A stretch of 62,291 nt of DNA, filler included, from Globobulimina sp. (GCA_003354225.1; 6 parts of 6 records of this genome joined end to end with filler, not necessarily neighbours in it); one strand, 5' to 3'. Positions 42,222-55,100 are shown, counted from the whole stretch's first letter. Notes: a model not told the origin generated them from the letters alone. Translations and numbers: made by a program.

Positions 42222-43673
42222 TTAACATTGCAAATAATAACGCACATTTTGTATAGTTTCTTGATTTGATTTTATATTCACTTTAGAATATAACATAAAC
42301 AATAATTGCAAGATCGTCCCACCAGCAAACCATTTTAAATCAATATTTATTCCACCGAATAATTGAAATGCAAATTCATTGTTAAAATTGGTTTGTTGTA
42401 AATAATTAAGCCATAATTCAAATTCTTTATCATTAAGCGCACCATCACTGCCATTTGCATTTGCATTTGAATCAACACAATGATGTTTTAAGCGAATAAA
42501 ATGCAATTTTCGAATAATATAATTTGGATATTTTCGATTAAACAATGCAATGCAACGCAACACCCATCCAATCAAAATTAAATAAAATAAATGTCTCGAT
42601 AAAAAGACATATGTGTTCCAATTTTGTTTTTCATCACAATAAAAATTCCAAAAATCCAATAACATCGATGTTACTCGTTCAATGATAATAAAATGAATCA
42701 TAAAATGCAATTTTTTCTTGATTAACTTCATTGATTGATTTTTGCTTTCAAAATCTTCAAATCTATCTTTAATTTTATGCACATTCTTTGTGGTAAACAT
42801 ATCGTCAATGAATTTTTCAAACTCTTTGTCAAATGAATTAATTTCCCACACCACGATCAATGACAATATGGTCAATATGGTTCGTTGCGATGTTATAATT
42901 ATCAAATATGTGAATAAACCTTTTAAAATGTTACGACCATAATTACGAAAAAAGGAAAACAAAATTATAAATAATGCAAGTATTTGATATGGATACATAA
43001 ATAAAGGAATAAATATATCTCTCCATTCAAGACAAATAAATGCGAATAACACATCATACAAAGTGTTTTCGGCATTAATTTTATCGTCATATTCAATAAA
43101 ATATGATTCTGATAATAATGACACAAATAAAAATGTAATAATAATTTTAAATTGCATCGGAACTGATTTTGATTTGGAATATTGTCTCCGATATTTATTC
43201 CATGGATTTACTTCATTGTAATCTTGATCAAATGTTAAAAAATGTTTTACTAAAAAAATGGCGGTGGTTAAAGTGTGGAATTTTATGATGTCACGCAATA
43301 TTTTAACAACGTAAAATAAGTCACTCCATTTTTTATCTGCAAAGGAGTCATTTATTTTATTTATTCGAACACATAAAGTTAAAATTGATTGGCAGACTAT
43401 GGACAATGTAACAATTAGAATCATAAGTTTTTTGTGCGTGTTTTCGCCGGTTGGCCAAAATAATGTAAATGATAAATCTAAGAATGATTTAATTGTATCG
43501 GATAAAGGATGTAATGTCACAATGCGTGGTTGGCCATGTTCAGTCTGTGAATATGTATCAAAATATGAAACAAAACATAATGGAAATAATATGCAACGCA
43601 GTGTATATTGCACTTCATTCCAAAATGTACCTTCAAGTAACTCTTTATACCAATTTGATGAATATATTTTCAC
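42222..43673 (-). CDS. Multi-pass membrane protein, possibly gustatory-receptor-like (7TM ion channel); 5' end unresolved
   Basis: About seven hydrophobic segments; C-terminal LWLNYL...FAFQLFGGINIDLKW...LQLLFML. The upstream ATG ORF at 43876 is out of frame. Confidence 0.5.
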   Translation of the reverse strand: MKIYSSNWYKELLEGTFWNEVQYTLRCILFPLCFVSYFDTYSQTEHGQPRIVTLHPLSDTIKSFLDLSFTLFWPTGENTHKKLMILIVTLSIVCQSILTLCVRINKINDSFADKKWSDLFYVVKILRDIIKFHTLTTAIFLVKHFLTFDQDYNEVNPWNKYRRQYSKSKSVPMQFKIIITFLFVSLLSESYFIEYDDKINAENTLYDVLFAFICLEWRDIFIPLFMYPYQILALFIILFSFFRNYGRNILKGLFTYLIIITSQRTILTILSLIVVWEINSFDKEFEKFIDDMFTTKNVHKIKDRFEDFESKNQSMKLIKKKLHFMIHFIIIERVTSMLLDFWNFYCDEKQNWNTYVFLSRHLFYLILIGWVLRCIALFNRKYPNYIIRKLHFIRLKHHCVDSNANANGSDGALNDKEFELWLNYLQQTNFNNEFAFQLFGGINIDLKWFAGGTILQLLFMLYSKVNIKSNQETIQNVRYYLQC

Positions 43674-44046
43674 CCAAAATAAAGGGATTAATGTTGCCGT
43701 TAAATTTCAAGATGTAAATTAGAGTTGGATTTATCACTTCTTTTTGTTTTTATTGGTGATATTATTGGCTTTATTCGTGATGATTTGGCTGTTTCTTGAA
43801 CATCAACAGACTTTGATAACGATTGCTGTTTAGTTTCTTCTTCCGCAGCATTGTTTTGTCCACTTGGTGTACTCATTTAAATCGTTACCATTTAAATGTA
43901 TTTTGTTTTTCAGTCCAGAAATTAAAAACTATTTCACTCTTTTCAGTTTTCATACTCTATCAACTCCGAGACACAGAAGTATGATATTTGATATTTTGAG
44001 TATATTTTATTCAAATTACATATACTTTTGTTAGATTATCACAAAG

Positions 44047-44451
44047 ATGTTCAAGCTATCTTTATACCAAATAATAATCATAATGGTGTTAGTATTTATC
44101 AATCCAACTTACAGCAAAACAGCATATATGAATCTTCGATCTGATGGTAGTGGAACATTATCGTTTGATGGTAAGTCGGTACAAATATTTGCAGATAATA
44201 CATTCCCATACGTCGCTGATATTACTCTGTATCCATCAAATACGTATGTATCGAAATGGAGTTCGGAATACAGTGTGTCAATGACGAATGCAGTTGGACC
44301 AATTCATTGGCAGAGAGGTGCTTACATTCATTATGGTTCATTATCGTACAGTGTTGGCTGTCCACATCTCGGTTATTCGGATTCAGCTGCTTTTTATAAC
44401 TATGTTAAATCTGGACCATCAGTACGATTAATTACTTACAAATCTTGGTGA
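44047..44451 (+). CDS. Secreted YkuD/L,D-transpeptidase-like protein
   Basis: Signal-peptide-like N-terminus; SMTNAV...RGAYIHYGSLSYSVGCPHL...DSAAFYNYV matches the H...SxGC catalytic motif. Confidence 0.7.
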   Translation: MFKLSLYQIIIIMVLVFINPTYSKTAYMNLRSDGSGTLSFDGKSVQIFADNTFPYVADITLYPSNTYVSKWSSEYSVSMTNAVGPIHWQRGAYIHYGSLSYSVGCPHLGYSDSAAFYNYVKSGPSVRLITYKSW

Positions 44452-44730
44452 TACACGCACAACAAACATTATTTAAAATTATCCTTTGAAAATTGTCTGT
44501 ATTTTGCACATGCTCCTTTCCTTTTTTTTTCTCTACTTTTTTCTTGTTATTTTATATGTTTGTATATAAAATAATAAATGATTGAGTCTTTGAGATTTAT
44601 TTCTAATTTTAAAATCTTTTGGAGAACAAACGCGTGAATATACGAAGCAATACAAAAATGCCATAATCGCATAGCAAGTACACTAAAATTATTTTAGTGT
44701 ACTCGCGCATAGCTTCAAAGGCAAAAAAGC

Positions 44731-46383
44731 ATGGCACTCTCACGAACCCTAGTTGAGAGACGCAATTATGAAAAAGTAAGTAGCCCCTACATTATCCCAC
44801 GTACATGTACGGATGTACCACTTTGCTTTTTTTAAATTAATTAATAGCTGAAATGGAACAAGCCATACAATGAATATTATCATCGTGATTGGAGAAAAGA
44901 AACATTGCAATATTTATCAGACAAAATAAAGACAAACAATAAAGCATTTACAACAAACTGGAAGTTCAATGTGTATAAAAATACAGAATTAGCACACATA
45001 CCGGCGTTAAGAGGACACAGTTTATCAGATATTGGAGAGTCAATCATATTTATTGGTGATCGAAAGAGAAAAACGCGTGTCGATATTTATAAAATGAATA
45101 AATATTTAAATAAATTGCAGAAATTATCAGCGAATGGCCCTTCTCCATGTTGCAGATTCCATCATTCCGCAAACTATATTCCACCAATTAATTCTATACT
45201 ATTTTTTGGTGGTTTTGACTCGCAATGCAATTTCAACGATGCCTGGTTATTGTCGCTGTCATCAAACAATTTATCTTGGCATCATTTAACATATAATGCA
45301 GAAATTGAGTATCGCGCATATCATTCTTCAACATCGAGAATGCTTAAAAATAAATTTGAAATATATATATTTGGCGGACAGTTTTGTAATAACGGACCAT
45401 ATGAATATCATAATGACATATTTAAGGTATTTTTAAGTGGCTGTTTGCAAAAATAAACATCTCGATCGCATATCAAAATAATTATTTTTGCAGGTGGCCA
45501 TTTTAAAAATGATAAGTTCACATTTCATAATATTAACTACATTGGAGATGAGGAAAAAAAGCAAGAGGAAACATTTGGATATTTTGAATGTGAGGAATTG
45601 CAAGTTTATGGACGTAAACCCTGTGCGCGATCAATGAGCCATTCATGGATTGTGGGGAATACATATTATATATTTGGTGGAAGTGTAGCTCATTACACAT
45701 TGAATGATTTGTGGGCTTTGGATTTAAACACAAATATTTGGACACAAATCAGTTACAATGGAATATTAAAAGCACCGCCAACGGAGACAATCGAGCCGAA
45801 GGATTTTAGAGTGATTGCAAAGAGGAAACCATGTTTTTTTGAGAACAAATTAAATGAATTAATAGTTATACATTATGGCGAATTAAGTGAAATACAGAAA
45901 GAATTTATGTGCTATGAATATGATGATACATTAAATGAATTTGAATATCGGATGGAACTGAGAATAAAAACGAAATCAAACGAGAAACAGAAACGATTGA
46001 AATCAATGAAGTGGCCGTCTCCGTATCATATATTTAGATTTGATTTGGGTGAGAAAAAATGGTATATTGAAAGAAATAATATTATTAATGATGAGTATGA
46101 AAAAGGGGATTTGCCATCGAAATTAATTGCGTCGACAAGAATTGTTCGTATCGGAGAATATTTAATTCAAATGGGTGGCGGATATAAGAATTCAAGAATA
46201 AATTATATGAAACATTTATATTTCTTAAAAATACCAAATTCTAAGGTGAGAAAGACAATGTCATGGAGCAGGGAGAGATTAATATGGATTGCTCACTATC
46301 ATGATGTGGCAATATTTAATAAGTGTCCAAAAGATATTATCTCTTTAATTATATCCTTTTTAAATCCAAAAAATACAATTTGA
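44731..46383 (+). CDS. Kelch-repeat (beta-propeller) protein, spliced (intron 44776-44847; second intron ~45430-45493 with uncertain donor)
   Basis: P..R..HS...ILFFGG...ND.W repeats in ORFs 44905 and 45598; exon 1 MALSRTLVERRNYEK splices in phase. Confidence 0.78.
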
Positions 46384-46621
46384 TCCTTTGTAAACTACGC
46401 ATTATTAATCCTCGAAACGTTAACAGTTTTTTAAAAAATCTGAAAGTAAAGGAAAAGTTTAAAGTGATGCTAATCTTGAGGTGTGTGCAAGGATAATATA
46501 TTTAGAAAGTAAGATTGAATGAAATAGGGCTCTTATTCCAAATACAGGAAATAAAAAAAAAAAAAAAATTTTATAATAATATAATATAAGTAAGTAATTA
46601 ATTAATTATACAAATACAAAT

Positions 46622-47548
46622 TTAAATTGATTTAAATTTTTCATGTCTTGACGAGAAATCAATAAATGACCATCCAAATTTTTCTTTACTTTGTAAATGT
46701 CTCTCTCGATGATAAGTTCCCAAGACATAATCCCAAAAAACCAAAACTTCGGCAAAATTCGAGACGGTTTTCTCGTGATGAATATTGTGATGGGCAGAGG
46801 TGTTGATATATAAATAAGGCAATGTAGTCTCAATATAATATAACGAATATCCGCAATGTAAATAAATATTTAGCACCACGAAAAAAAGAATAATACTTAG
46901 TTGTATCGGCGCAAATTGTTTGCCAACCAAAGGGAATGATGGGACGCCTAATAAAACGATAAGGAAATGCGTCCATAACGCTTCCAACGGACACACTGAA
47001 AAGGAAGCAAATGCGGTGGGATTACCAAATGAATGATGTTGTTTATGAAATTGCCAAAAATATTTCTTATTATTGTGTAAAGTGTAATGTTTAAAATAGG
47101 TCCAACCATCGGCTGCGATCCAGACACCAATTGTTTTAATCACTAAATATAAACATTTAAAAAACAGATTACCGCTAAAATTATCAACAACTTGCGTTGC
47201 TTCGTAAAAATCCCATGTTAATCCAATTTCGTACCCCATCCTGGATCTGACCACAGGAAATGTTGTTATTCCCGCTACAACAAAGACACATTTTGTTGTC
47301 TCGATTATTTCCAAAATCATCACCGAAAATTGCCATTCTTTATTTTTTTGGATACGTTCCCCAAATAATTTACCAATAACCATTATAACGACAGATGTTA
47401 CTAACACAAACAATTCAAATGTTATGAACAATTCTAATAAGGTCGCATAATATAACGGCACGTGTTCTGATGGATAAAATACACCAAAAATTAAAAAACT
47501 GAGACAAACACAACAGTTTACAAGAACACCACAATTTGAGAGGTCCAT
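46622..47548 (-). CDS. Fatty acid hydroxylase / sterol desaturase family protein
   Basis: His boxes HYTLH, HKQHH, LHCG, HHNIHH; TM segments. Confidence 0.85.
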   Translation of the reverse strand: MDLSNCGVLVNCCVCLSFLIFGVFYPSEHVPLYYATLLELFITFELFVLVTSVVIMVIGKLFGERIQKNKEWQFSVMILEIIETTKCVFVVAGITTFPVVRSRMGYEIGLTWDFYEATQVVDNFSGNLFFKCLYLVIKTIGVWIAADGWTYFKHYTLHNNKKYFWQFHKQHHSFGNPTAFASFSVCPLEALWTHFLIVLLGVPSFPLVGKQFAPIQLSIILFFVVLNIYLHCGYSLYYIETTLPYLYINTSAHHNIHHEKTVSNFAEVLVFWDYVLGTYHRERHLQSKEKFGWSFIDFSSRHEKFKSI

Positions 47549-47800
47549 TACGTTGCGTTTTCAGAGCTAGTTGGCTAGTGAGAGTTTTGGAGTTTTCTAA
47601 ATTAAGAAAAATGTTGTTCTTATAAAAAACATGGCTGTGTGGTTGGTTATCTTATCTTGTATCATATGGGTCATATATTCAACATGAAGAAACTTTAGTG
47701 TTTTGATAATAAAAAAGTGTTGTTTACAGTCGACAGGAAACATATTCAACCAATTCATTATGTAAATTATTGAAGTTCATTTTTTAATTATTATATTATA

Positions 47801-49076
47801 TTAACTGTTATTTGCAGCCAGACCAATTTTTTCTAGTTCCTGCATAACTTGATCATATGTCGTAATTGGAGGATATTTTTGTACCAACTCTGCAGTCTTA
47901 AATTGTCGAATGATTTCCAATTTAACATCACTCCTAAAATGCGAAAACATTGTCATTGATATTCTCCATAAAGGCCGATTTAATTTTTTCCATTTTTGCA
48001 TACATTTTAGAGTTCCATCATCCACCACAACTTCATGATATCCAGCAAATATATATCCGCCAGTCACCCATTCCAACTGTTTCGCGGCTTGGCATACTAA
48101 ATAACCATCGGGTATCTTCACCTTTACCTTCCTTCCATCCCTCAACCAAATATACAATCCATCATAGCGGCTCTTGCCATGCACTGTAAGTAAATTTAAG
48201 TCATAATGATAACCAGCAATTATTGTCCCTTTTGCGCCATATTTATTTAAATCCGTAGCTGTCGGAGCCAATAAATTCGATGCACCGTTCATCTGCGATC
48301 TAAAATATGATCTATTTAATCCCAAACCCATTGCAATACCTTCAGCGATAATATACGCAGTATTCAATAAATCGTTCCCTGTGGAATCGCATAGCGATTC
48401 AAAATTTCGCATGTTGCTCGGAATAACATTTTCGGCTTTTTTCTTGTTTAACTTCCAAAAAAATCTCCATTTGGGGTCGGCTTTGGTATTAAAATGATTT
48501 ACAAACGCAAAGGCAAATGCAAATTGAATAGAATTACAAGTATTTGCATCAGATTCCATTGCATTGGGAAAGCATTTTTTAAACAGCACCTTCGGGGGGA
48601 CATGATGTCAATGGTCTGTGTGTTGGGTCTAATGTTTGTATTTTATCACAATGATTTCTGGGGATTTCGGTCAACTGTGGTGTTGCACCAACCTTTTAAA
48701 ATTTGTTTTTTTAGTTTAATATATACACATTTTGATTGATGGTATAAGAAACTTGATAGTGTAAATCAGGAAATACATCTTTCATCTTTTCCGATTCTGT
48801 TCGATTGAAATAATCTTCCATCATATTAATGAATTTGTTGCTTTTTTCAGTGGTTAATCGGTTATCTTTCACAATAAGAATTCCATATTTATGTAGTGAT
48901 TCAACTATTTGTTTACAAACTGATTGTACTGCGGTAGTGTCTTTTGAATGATTTATTAACGGTTCTAAGTCAATGGTTGGAATTTCCTTCATTACATCAT
49001 CAAATTCTAAATGTCGTGATTTTGGAGAGGACACAAGCGTTATAGTCCGATCGATAAGATCCAATAAAGTAGCCAT
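47801..49076 (-). CDS. 2OG-Fe(II) oxygenase (isopenicillin N synthase-like fold), multi-exon; start at 49076 or 48992
   Basis: IPTIDL...LHKYGILIV in ORF 48711; DPKWRFFW, AGYHYDLNLLTVHGKSR, AGYHEV, WRIS in ORF 47801; intron-like AT-rich gaps between. Confidence 0.8.
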
Positions 49077-49107
49077 TTTGTAAAGTTTTAATTTCTGAAG
49101 TTTAAGC

Positions 49108-49758
49108 ATGAACCATAATCGCCAAAGAGCCAGCAGCATTGTGAATGGATTTTTCCTGCTATATCAAAGCCAATCAAATGTGTTGACGGGCAAAATTCCA
49201 CCAACAATCCTGAACATTTGTTTTTGTTTTTATTGGGAAAGTGAATATTTTACAAAATGTGGAAACTACATTACATTATCATCAAGAAATGGTGTAAAGA
49301 AGAATATCGCGACCATGGAGGTTTCAGATTGGAATACAGTTTATGGCAACGTTATAATTGATGGGGATCATTGTTTTAATCACACCGTATATCAATGGAC
49401 CATAAAATGTTCAAAACCTCACGTTGGAATTGGTTTAGATTCATCGAAGTTCAATCTACTGAACAGATCATTTTTTGTTCATCGTTTAAATATCAACGAT
49501 TTTTATTGTTACTGTGGAACTGTGGGGCAAATATATTGTAAAAAAAATGCTATTTTTACGAATCAAAGTGTTGACATGATGAAAAAAGGAGATATTATCA
49601 AGATTGAGTTGAATATCATAAAAAAAACATTGAAATACTTTAAGAATGAAAACAAGCTCAAGGTAGTCATCAAAAATATAGATATATCACAACCATATCG
49701 TTTAGCAATTTCCCTATATAACAATTCTATAGAATTACTAGATTTTGTTACAAAATAG
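49108..49758 (+). CDS. SPRY/B30.2-like domain protein
   Basis: WNTVYG...YQWTIK...VGIG...GDIIKIELN..KKTLKYFKN...YRLAISL. Confidence 0.72.
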   Translation: MNHNRQRASSIVNGFFLLYQSQSNVLTGKIPPTILNICFCFYWESEYFTKCGNYITLSSRNGVKKNIATMEVSDWNTVYGNVIIDGDHCFNHTVYQWTIKCSKPHVGIGLDSSKFNLLNRSFFVHRLNINDFYCYCGTVGQIYCKKNAIFTNQSVDMMKKGDIIKIELNIIKKTLKYFKNENKLKVVIKNIDISQPYRLAISLYNNSIELLDFVTK

Positions 49759-49906
49759 AAAGCATCAAATTGATAAAATATTAATTGTAAGTCCTAAACA
49801 CGTTGAACATAGAACTATACGGATCCGACAAAACATGTACACAGAGCTTCACAAAAAAATAAAGTGAAAAACTGTCTGAGTTTTGTACATTTGCCTACAT
49901 CTTTTA

Positions 49907-51987
49907 ATGGAGTTTGTTCAACCGCTTGAAACATTTATCGCAACACCAAACTTTGGGTTTGTGTTCTATCGCAAAAAGGTAACATGTGTTCGTGATGAGG
50001 CAGAAAAAGGAGAATTATTAGGTATTTCCAGCAACGGTACAGTAACATTTAATTTTGGAGCAGAAGATGTAGCATATCATATAAAATCAATCAAAGATAT
50101 TGAATTAATTGATCAAGAGTCCGCATATCATGACGTTGACGATGATGCAAAATCAGTAATAATTAAACAACCAGGCATATCAATAAAAGATAAAGTTGAT
50201 GATATTGCAAAATATAAAATTGTTCAACATTTAATTTATACATTATTCAAAAATAATTATGCGTCTTCAATCGAACCATTAAAAATTGAAAATCGTAAAC
50301 AATATCTAAATGCTCGTAGTGCCCCAGCAAAAAAAGTTGAAATTTCCCAAAATATAACAAATATGAAACAAATTGAAATGAATAATGATTTACAAACTGG
50401 TTTCACATTTTGGTTGAATGAATCGCCAGAAAAAGAAACCCCATTCACGCAAAATGATTTATTGTCATTATTGAATTCATATCGTACATTATGGGCAAAT
50501 TATGTACTTACACATCATAAACATAAATCTGACCATGATCAAGATACAAAAATGGACGAAAACGAAGAAAAAACCGAACAAAAAACATATTCAACGTATC
50601 TTGAATGGGATAATTGGAGCATTAAAGGTACCGCTCCCAAATCCGACAGTAAAACCGCAGACGATCCAAAAGCAGAAGATATTTATTTAAAATCTTTGTG
50701 GCCGCATTGTTTCCAGGGGCCGTATTTTAAAACATTGAATTCGTCGGCAAATCGTGAGTGGAAATGTAAAAAATGTAATAAATCGGCAGCTGCCAAAGTT
50801 GTGGAATGGTATAAAGACGGCGTAATAAGCACGAGATGCAATATTTGTGGCAATAATTGCGACGCAAGTTGTGCTTTAGCGCGTGGTGAAGATTTACAAA
50901 ATTGTGGCATTGCCCGAAGTAATGGCACTTGTAACAAATGTGAACATAAAGTGGTAGATCATCAGCACGTTGGTTGGAAATGCAGAGAAGTGGCAAAAGA
51001 TAATAATGTAATGGAACAAGGACGGATTAAATACTATAAAACAAAACGAACAGTGCTTACTTTTGAGGTTTGTCATTCCTGCATTAAAGCTGCAAAAAAT
51101 AAACAAGAGAAAGTGGAGAAACAACAAAGTACAAAATTGAAAGAAAGACGCAAGAAAAAAAGGAAAAACGGAGAGGAACCCAAATCAAAGAATGTTATTT
51201 CTCCGCAGGATAAAGCTCCAAAAATGGATTTTAAGAATATTGTAATTCCAACTTCGAGTGGTTTTAAATCAAAATCAAAACCTAAACCAAAACCAAAACC
51301 GATGGCTGAAAAGCCTGTGGAACGTATTGCGTTGACGCAGGATATGAGGGATAATACCTCGGTTCGTACTGCTTTATGTATTATTCCACCAAAGGAATTA
51401 TGGCCAAACATTCAAGCAATTCGTAAAATTCATGATCCAGCGTATGTACTACATTGTTTTTTTTTGTTATATAATCAATTTTGAATATTAATGTTTTTAG
51501 TTATATTCGATGGATGCCTCATTTGAATATATTTTTTCCTTTTATTGACGAAAAACATTTTGATACCATTGGCAAATATATTGAGCAGGAAATTGTTGTG
51601 AGAAATAAAATAAAATCATTTAATGTGGGTTTAAACAAATTTGATGTATTTGAAAGAATTCGAAATAAATTGGGTTCTTTTTCACATTCAACAAAAGTTG
51701 AGACAATGTTTTTGGATCCAAGTTGGTCTGACGATGTTTTTAAAAGGGAAATGCAAGGATTGTTTGATTGTTTACGAGGTGATTGGCCAACATGTGCCAA
51801 TAAACATGGTGGAGGATTCTCGCCACATTTAACTGTGGGAAAGTTTAAAATGAAGGAGATGTTGGATTATCAAAGGAAATTTCAAAAAGATTGGAAAAAT
51901 ATATCATGGAAATGTGACGCATTGTGTTTAATTTCAAGAAGAGGGAATGATCCATTTGTAATAAGACGTAAAATTCCATTATGTTAA
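49907..51987 (+). CDS. Protein with a Cys-rich middle and a C-terminal 2H phosphoesterase (LENG9 / 2'-5' RNA ligase-like) domain; intron 51442-51500
   Basis: Splicing restores TALCIIPP...IQAIRKIHDPAYIRWMPHLNIFFPF; second 2H motif FSPHLTVG. Confidence 0.78.
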
Positions 51988-52025
51988 TTTTGTTTATCCG
52001 GCTTGTACAAAAACAAAAAAAATAT

Positions 52026-52125
52026 NNNNNNNNNNNNNNNNNNNNNNNNNNNNNNNNNNNNNNNNNNNNTTAATTAATTAANNNNNNNNNNNNNNNNNNN
52101 NNNNNNNNNNNNNNNNNNNNNNNNN
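52026..52125. other. Artificial contig linker
   Basis: N44-TTAATTAATTAA-N44. Confidence 0.99.
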
Positions 52126-52143
52126 ATAGTAGTAGGGGAACAT

Positions 52144-55100
52144 TCAGCCAGGATCTAAGTCTGGCTCCATGCTCACCGATTGCTTGAACATCCCGGCGAG
52201 GGTGTAAAGTTGGTTGGGTATGATACCCTGCGGATAGAGATATGATTTGTATTTGGCATATCTGATTGAATTATAATTCGTTGTGATGAGGTTGGAGTTG
52301 CGGGGGTGTTGTCGACCTATTTCTGCTAATATGTCTGCAATTTGATTAAAGGGTTGTTGGTATGGTTTGGTATGTGATTTCACTTTCCATAGTATAATTT
52401 TGTCACGTTTGATATAGTTTTGCGTGTTTTTGAATAGGATAGATAGTGGTTTCTTATTTGAATGTTTCGGAGTGATTATTAGTGGGAGGAAATTGAACAA
52501 GGAATCGGTGAATATTAGGATTCTTCGGTTAGTAGTATCTATTTTGCAGTGATTTATGAGGAATTGCGATTTGTGGATGGCGTACAATTCACCATAGTGA
52601 TTTGACTGTGATCCAATGGGTTGAGCGAAGCAATGTATTTTATTTCTGTCAATAATGCAGATACCTATTCCTGCAGTGTTTGTGTGTGGATCGCGGGACG
52701 AATCTGTGGCTATTATCAAGTCATTGGCATTAATCTTGTGTTGATAATAGCGCCATTCATTGAAATTATTATTACGTATGTGGAACATTATCATTTTTGA
52801 GGGAACTAAGTTATGTTTACATCGGATGCGTTTTATGGTGCTTTTCCCATTGTTTATATTGAGTACGTGGGTGAGCCAACGGTGCGTTTGGGAGACTACC
52901 TCTTTGTATAATGTATGTTTGTTTGTGTTAATGTTTATTTGTGTATGTACATAGGCAAATTTATTAGTGTCAGTATTATATATATTTGCACCACAAAGGA
53001 TTCTCCAGAATTGAGCTTTTTGCAAATTGACATTATGGCAGATTTCAATCAGTCGTTGCATGTATAGATGGTGATGTATTTTATTTATCGCGGCACCACT
53101 TTTTGCAAACGTTGCAGAGGCATGATTCCAGTATTCATGTCTCAAGATATTTAGATTGGGGCAGAGTACTGCTAGGTGGTATTCAATGGGGACATTAGTT
53201 CGGGAATGGCAGAGATGGCAGTAATTATTTTTTGTGTTGAAATTATAAAATAACTCTCTGTAAACCTGGATCATATCTGTTTTTACGTAATCTGCCAATT
53301 CATTAATTTCATAGCAATTCATTGGTTTATAGTTATCAGTGATATGGTTTAGGATTTTGATTGGATGATAATGATTTAATGCATTAATGATTTGGATATG
53401 TTGGTTTTTCACAATTAAAGGTTTTAATTCATGCGAATGTGTCACGGAATCAAAGGGATCTATCCAGATGGTTTTGTTGTTTATGGTTTGCTGCGTGGGT
53501 GGTAGCCATTTATTTTTTAAATTAATATATTGTTTGAAAAGTTTGTGGTGGTGGATATGAGACAGTTTTGCCCATTTATGCATCATGGATATATTACCTC
53601 CTTTTAGGAGTTTCCAATAGAAGGACATTTTGAGGGATACCCAACGTTCATAGGGGGTGGGGATACCCGCCCACAGATAGAGTTGTGCCGGAACGAAATT
53701 TTTTATTTGTGTCTGCGTGCAAATTGTTTTTAGTTGCTTATCTGTGGCTTCTTTCAATTTTATTTTTTCACAATCAAGAACTTGTGCGAATATTTCCGTG
53801 TAAACTAAATAGAAAGTCTTCAGTATGCGTATTTTATCAGCGAGGGAAATAAAAATGTGATTGAAATCCAGGTTTGCTAAAATGCGAGCTTTTGAGTCAA
53901 GTTTTTTCAGAAACACTGCATTCGTATACTTCGTCGACACCAAATTGGTGTTGTCGTAACTGCACAACTTAGCACCAAGATATCTAATGAATGTTGTGCA
54001 GTGCAGTCGTTCTCCATTCAAACGTAGCTTCAGATGCATCACCGACGGTGTATAGTTGCGGTCATAGCGAATATTATCCCACATTATCGGGTATGGCTTA
54101 TTGGAGATATCATTATAGAATTTTATGTGGTCTATGAAGCGTTGTAAGTGTTTTTGAGGGATCTCATCAACGTTATATTCTTGCAATTTATTATTAATAT
54201 TTATTGCCAGTACTTTGTGATTTATTGGTTTCTGGATTATTATCATCGGAGCAGGCTTATTATTTGCTATTTTATTTATGTTATGGTATTCATGGTTTAT
54301 TAACATTATATCGTGTATATTGTATGTATTTATATTGTTGTTATTGAGAGTGTTATCATTGTAAATAATTGTTTTTGATTTTTTATTATTGAATTGGTAG
54401 CGCCAATGGTTGCTGTGCTTCTGGCAGATTTTTAATAGTTTATTCAAATGGGAGATTTTATTCGCGGTCAAAATGATATCATCCGCGTAAAAAGTGCATG
54501 CAATCGGTTCATTGGGGTCAGGAGAGGCGGCTCCACACTCTGACTGTTGTAATTCCTCAATTAAATCATTCAAGAACGCTGCATAGAGGACAGGGGAGAG
54601 AACTGACCCTTGTAACACACCATTATGGAGCAAGAATTTGTTTGTTATAAAGGGTATGTCTCGTATGGCAGACTGCGAGTTGTCATAGATGGCCTTTATT
54701 ATTTTGCAGAGATGTAATGGTATTTTGAAGTGATTATTTAGTTTATAGAGGAGTCCTTTCCTCCAAACAGTATCAAACGCTTTCCGTATATCAAGAAGTG
54801 CACAGTAAAGGGGGATTTCTCTCATTTTGGCTGTTTCTGCGATCAAATTGATACAACCAATTTGCTCTGGGACTCCTCTTCTTGATCTATTGCCGCCTTG
54901 TAATGTATGTAGGTTTCTCCTGAATTTATGTTTTATACTCATTTCCCAAAGGATTAATCTTTCATATGTTTTAAAAATAATAGGTAACAATGTGATGGGC
55001 CGGTATTGATTGGGGGTATTACCATTTTTTGTTTTTAATATCGGTATTACAGTGCCCAACCTCCAATAATATGGGATGAAGAATGATTGGTTCCATACAT

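Noticed and set aside
10444-52125. Five identical TTAATTAATTAA palindromes spaced ~10.3-10.5 kb apart
   Set aside because: Each is centred in 88 N and is a six-frame-stop linker. The regular spacing reflects contigs sorted by length (10443, 10352, 10332, 10278, 10220, 10166).
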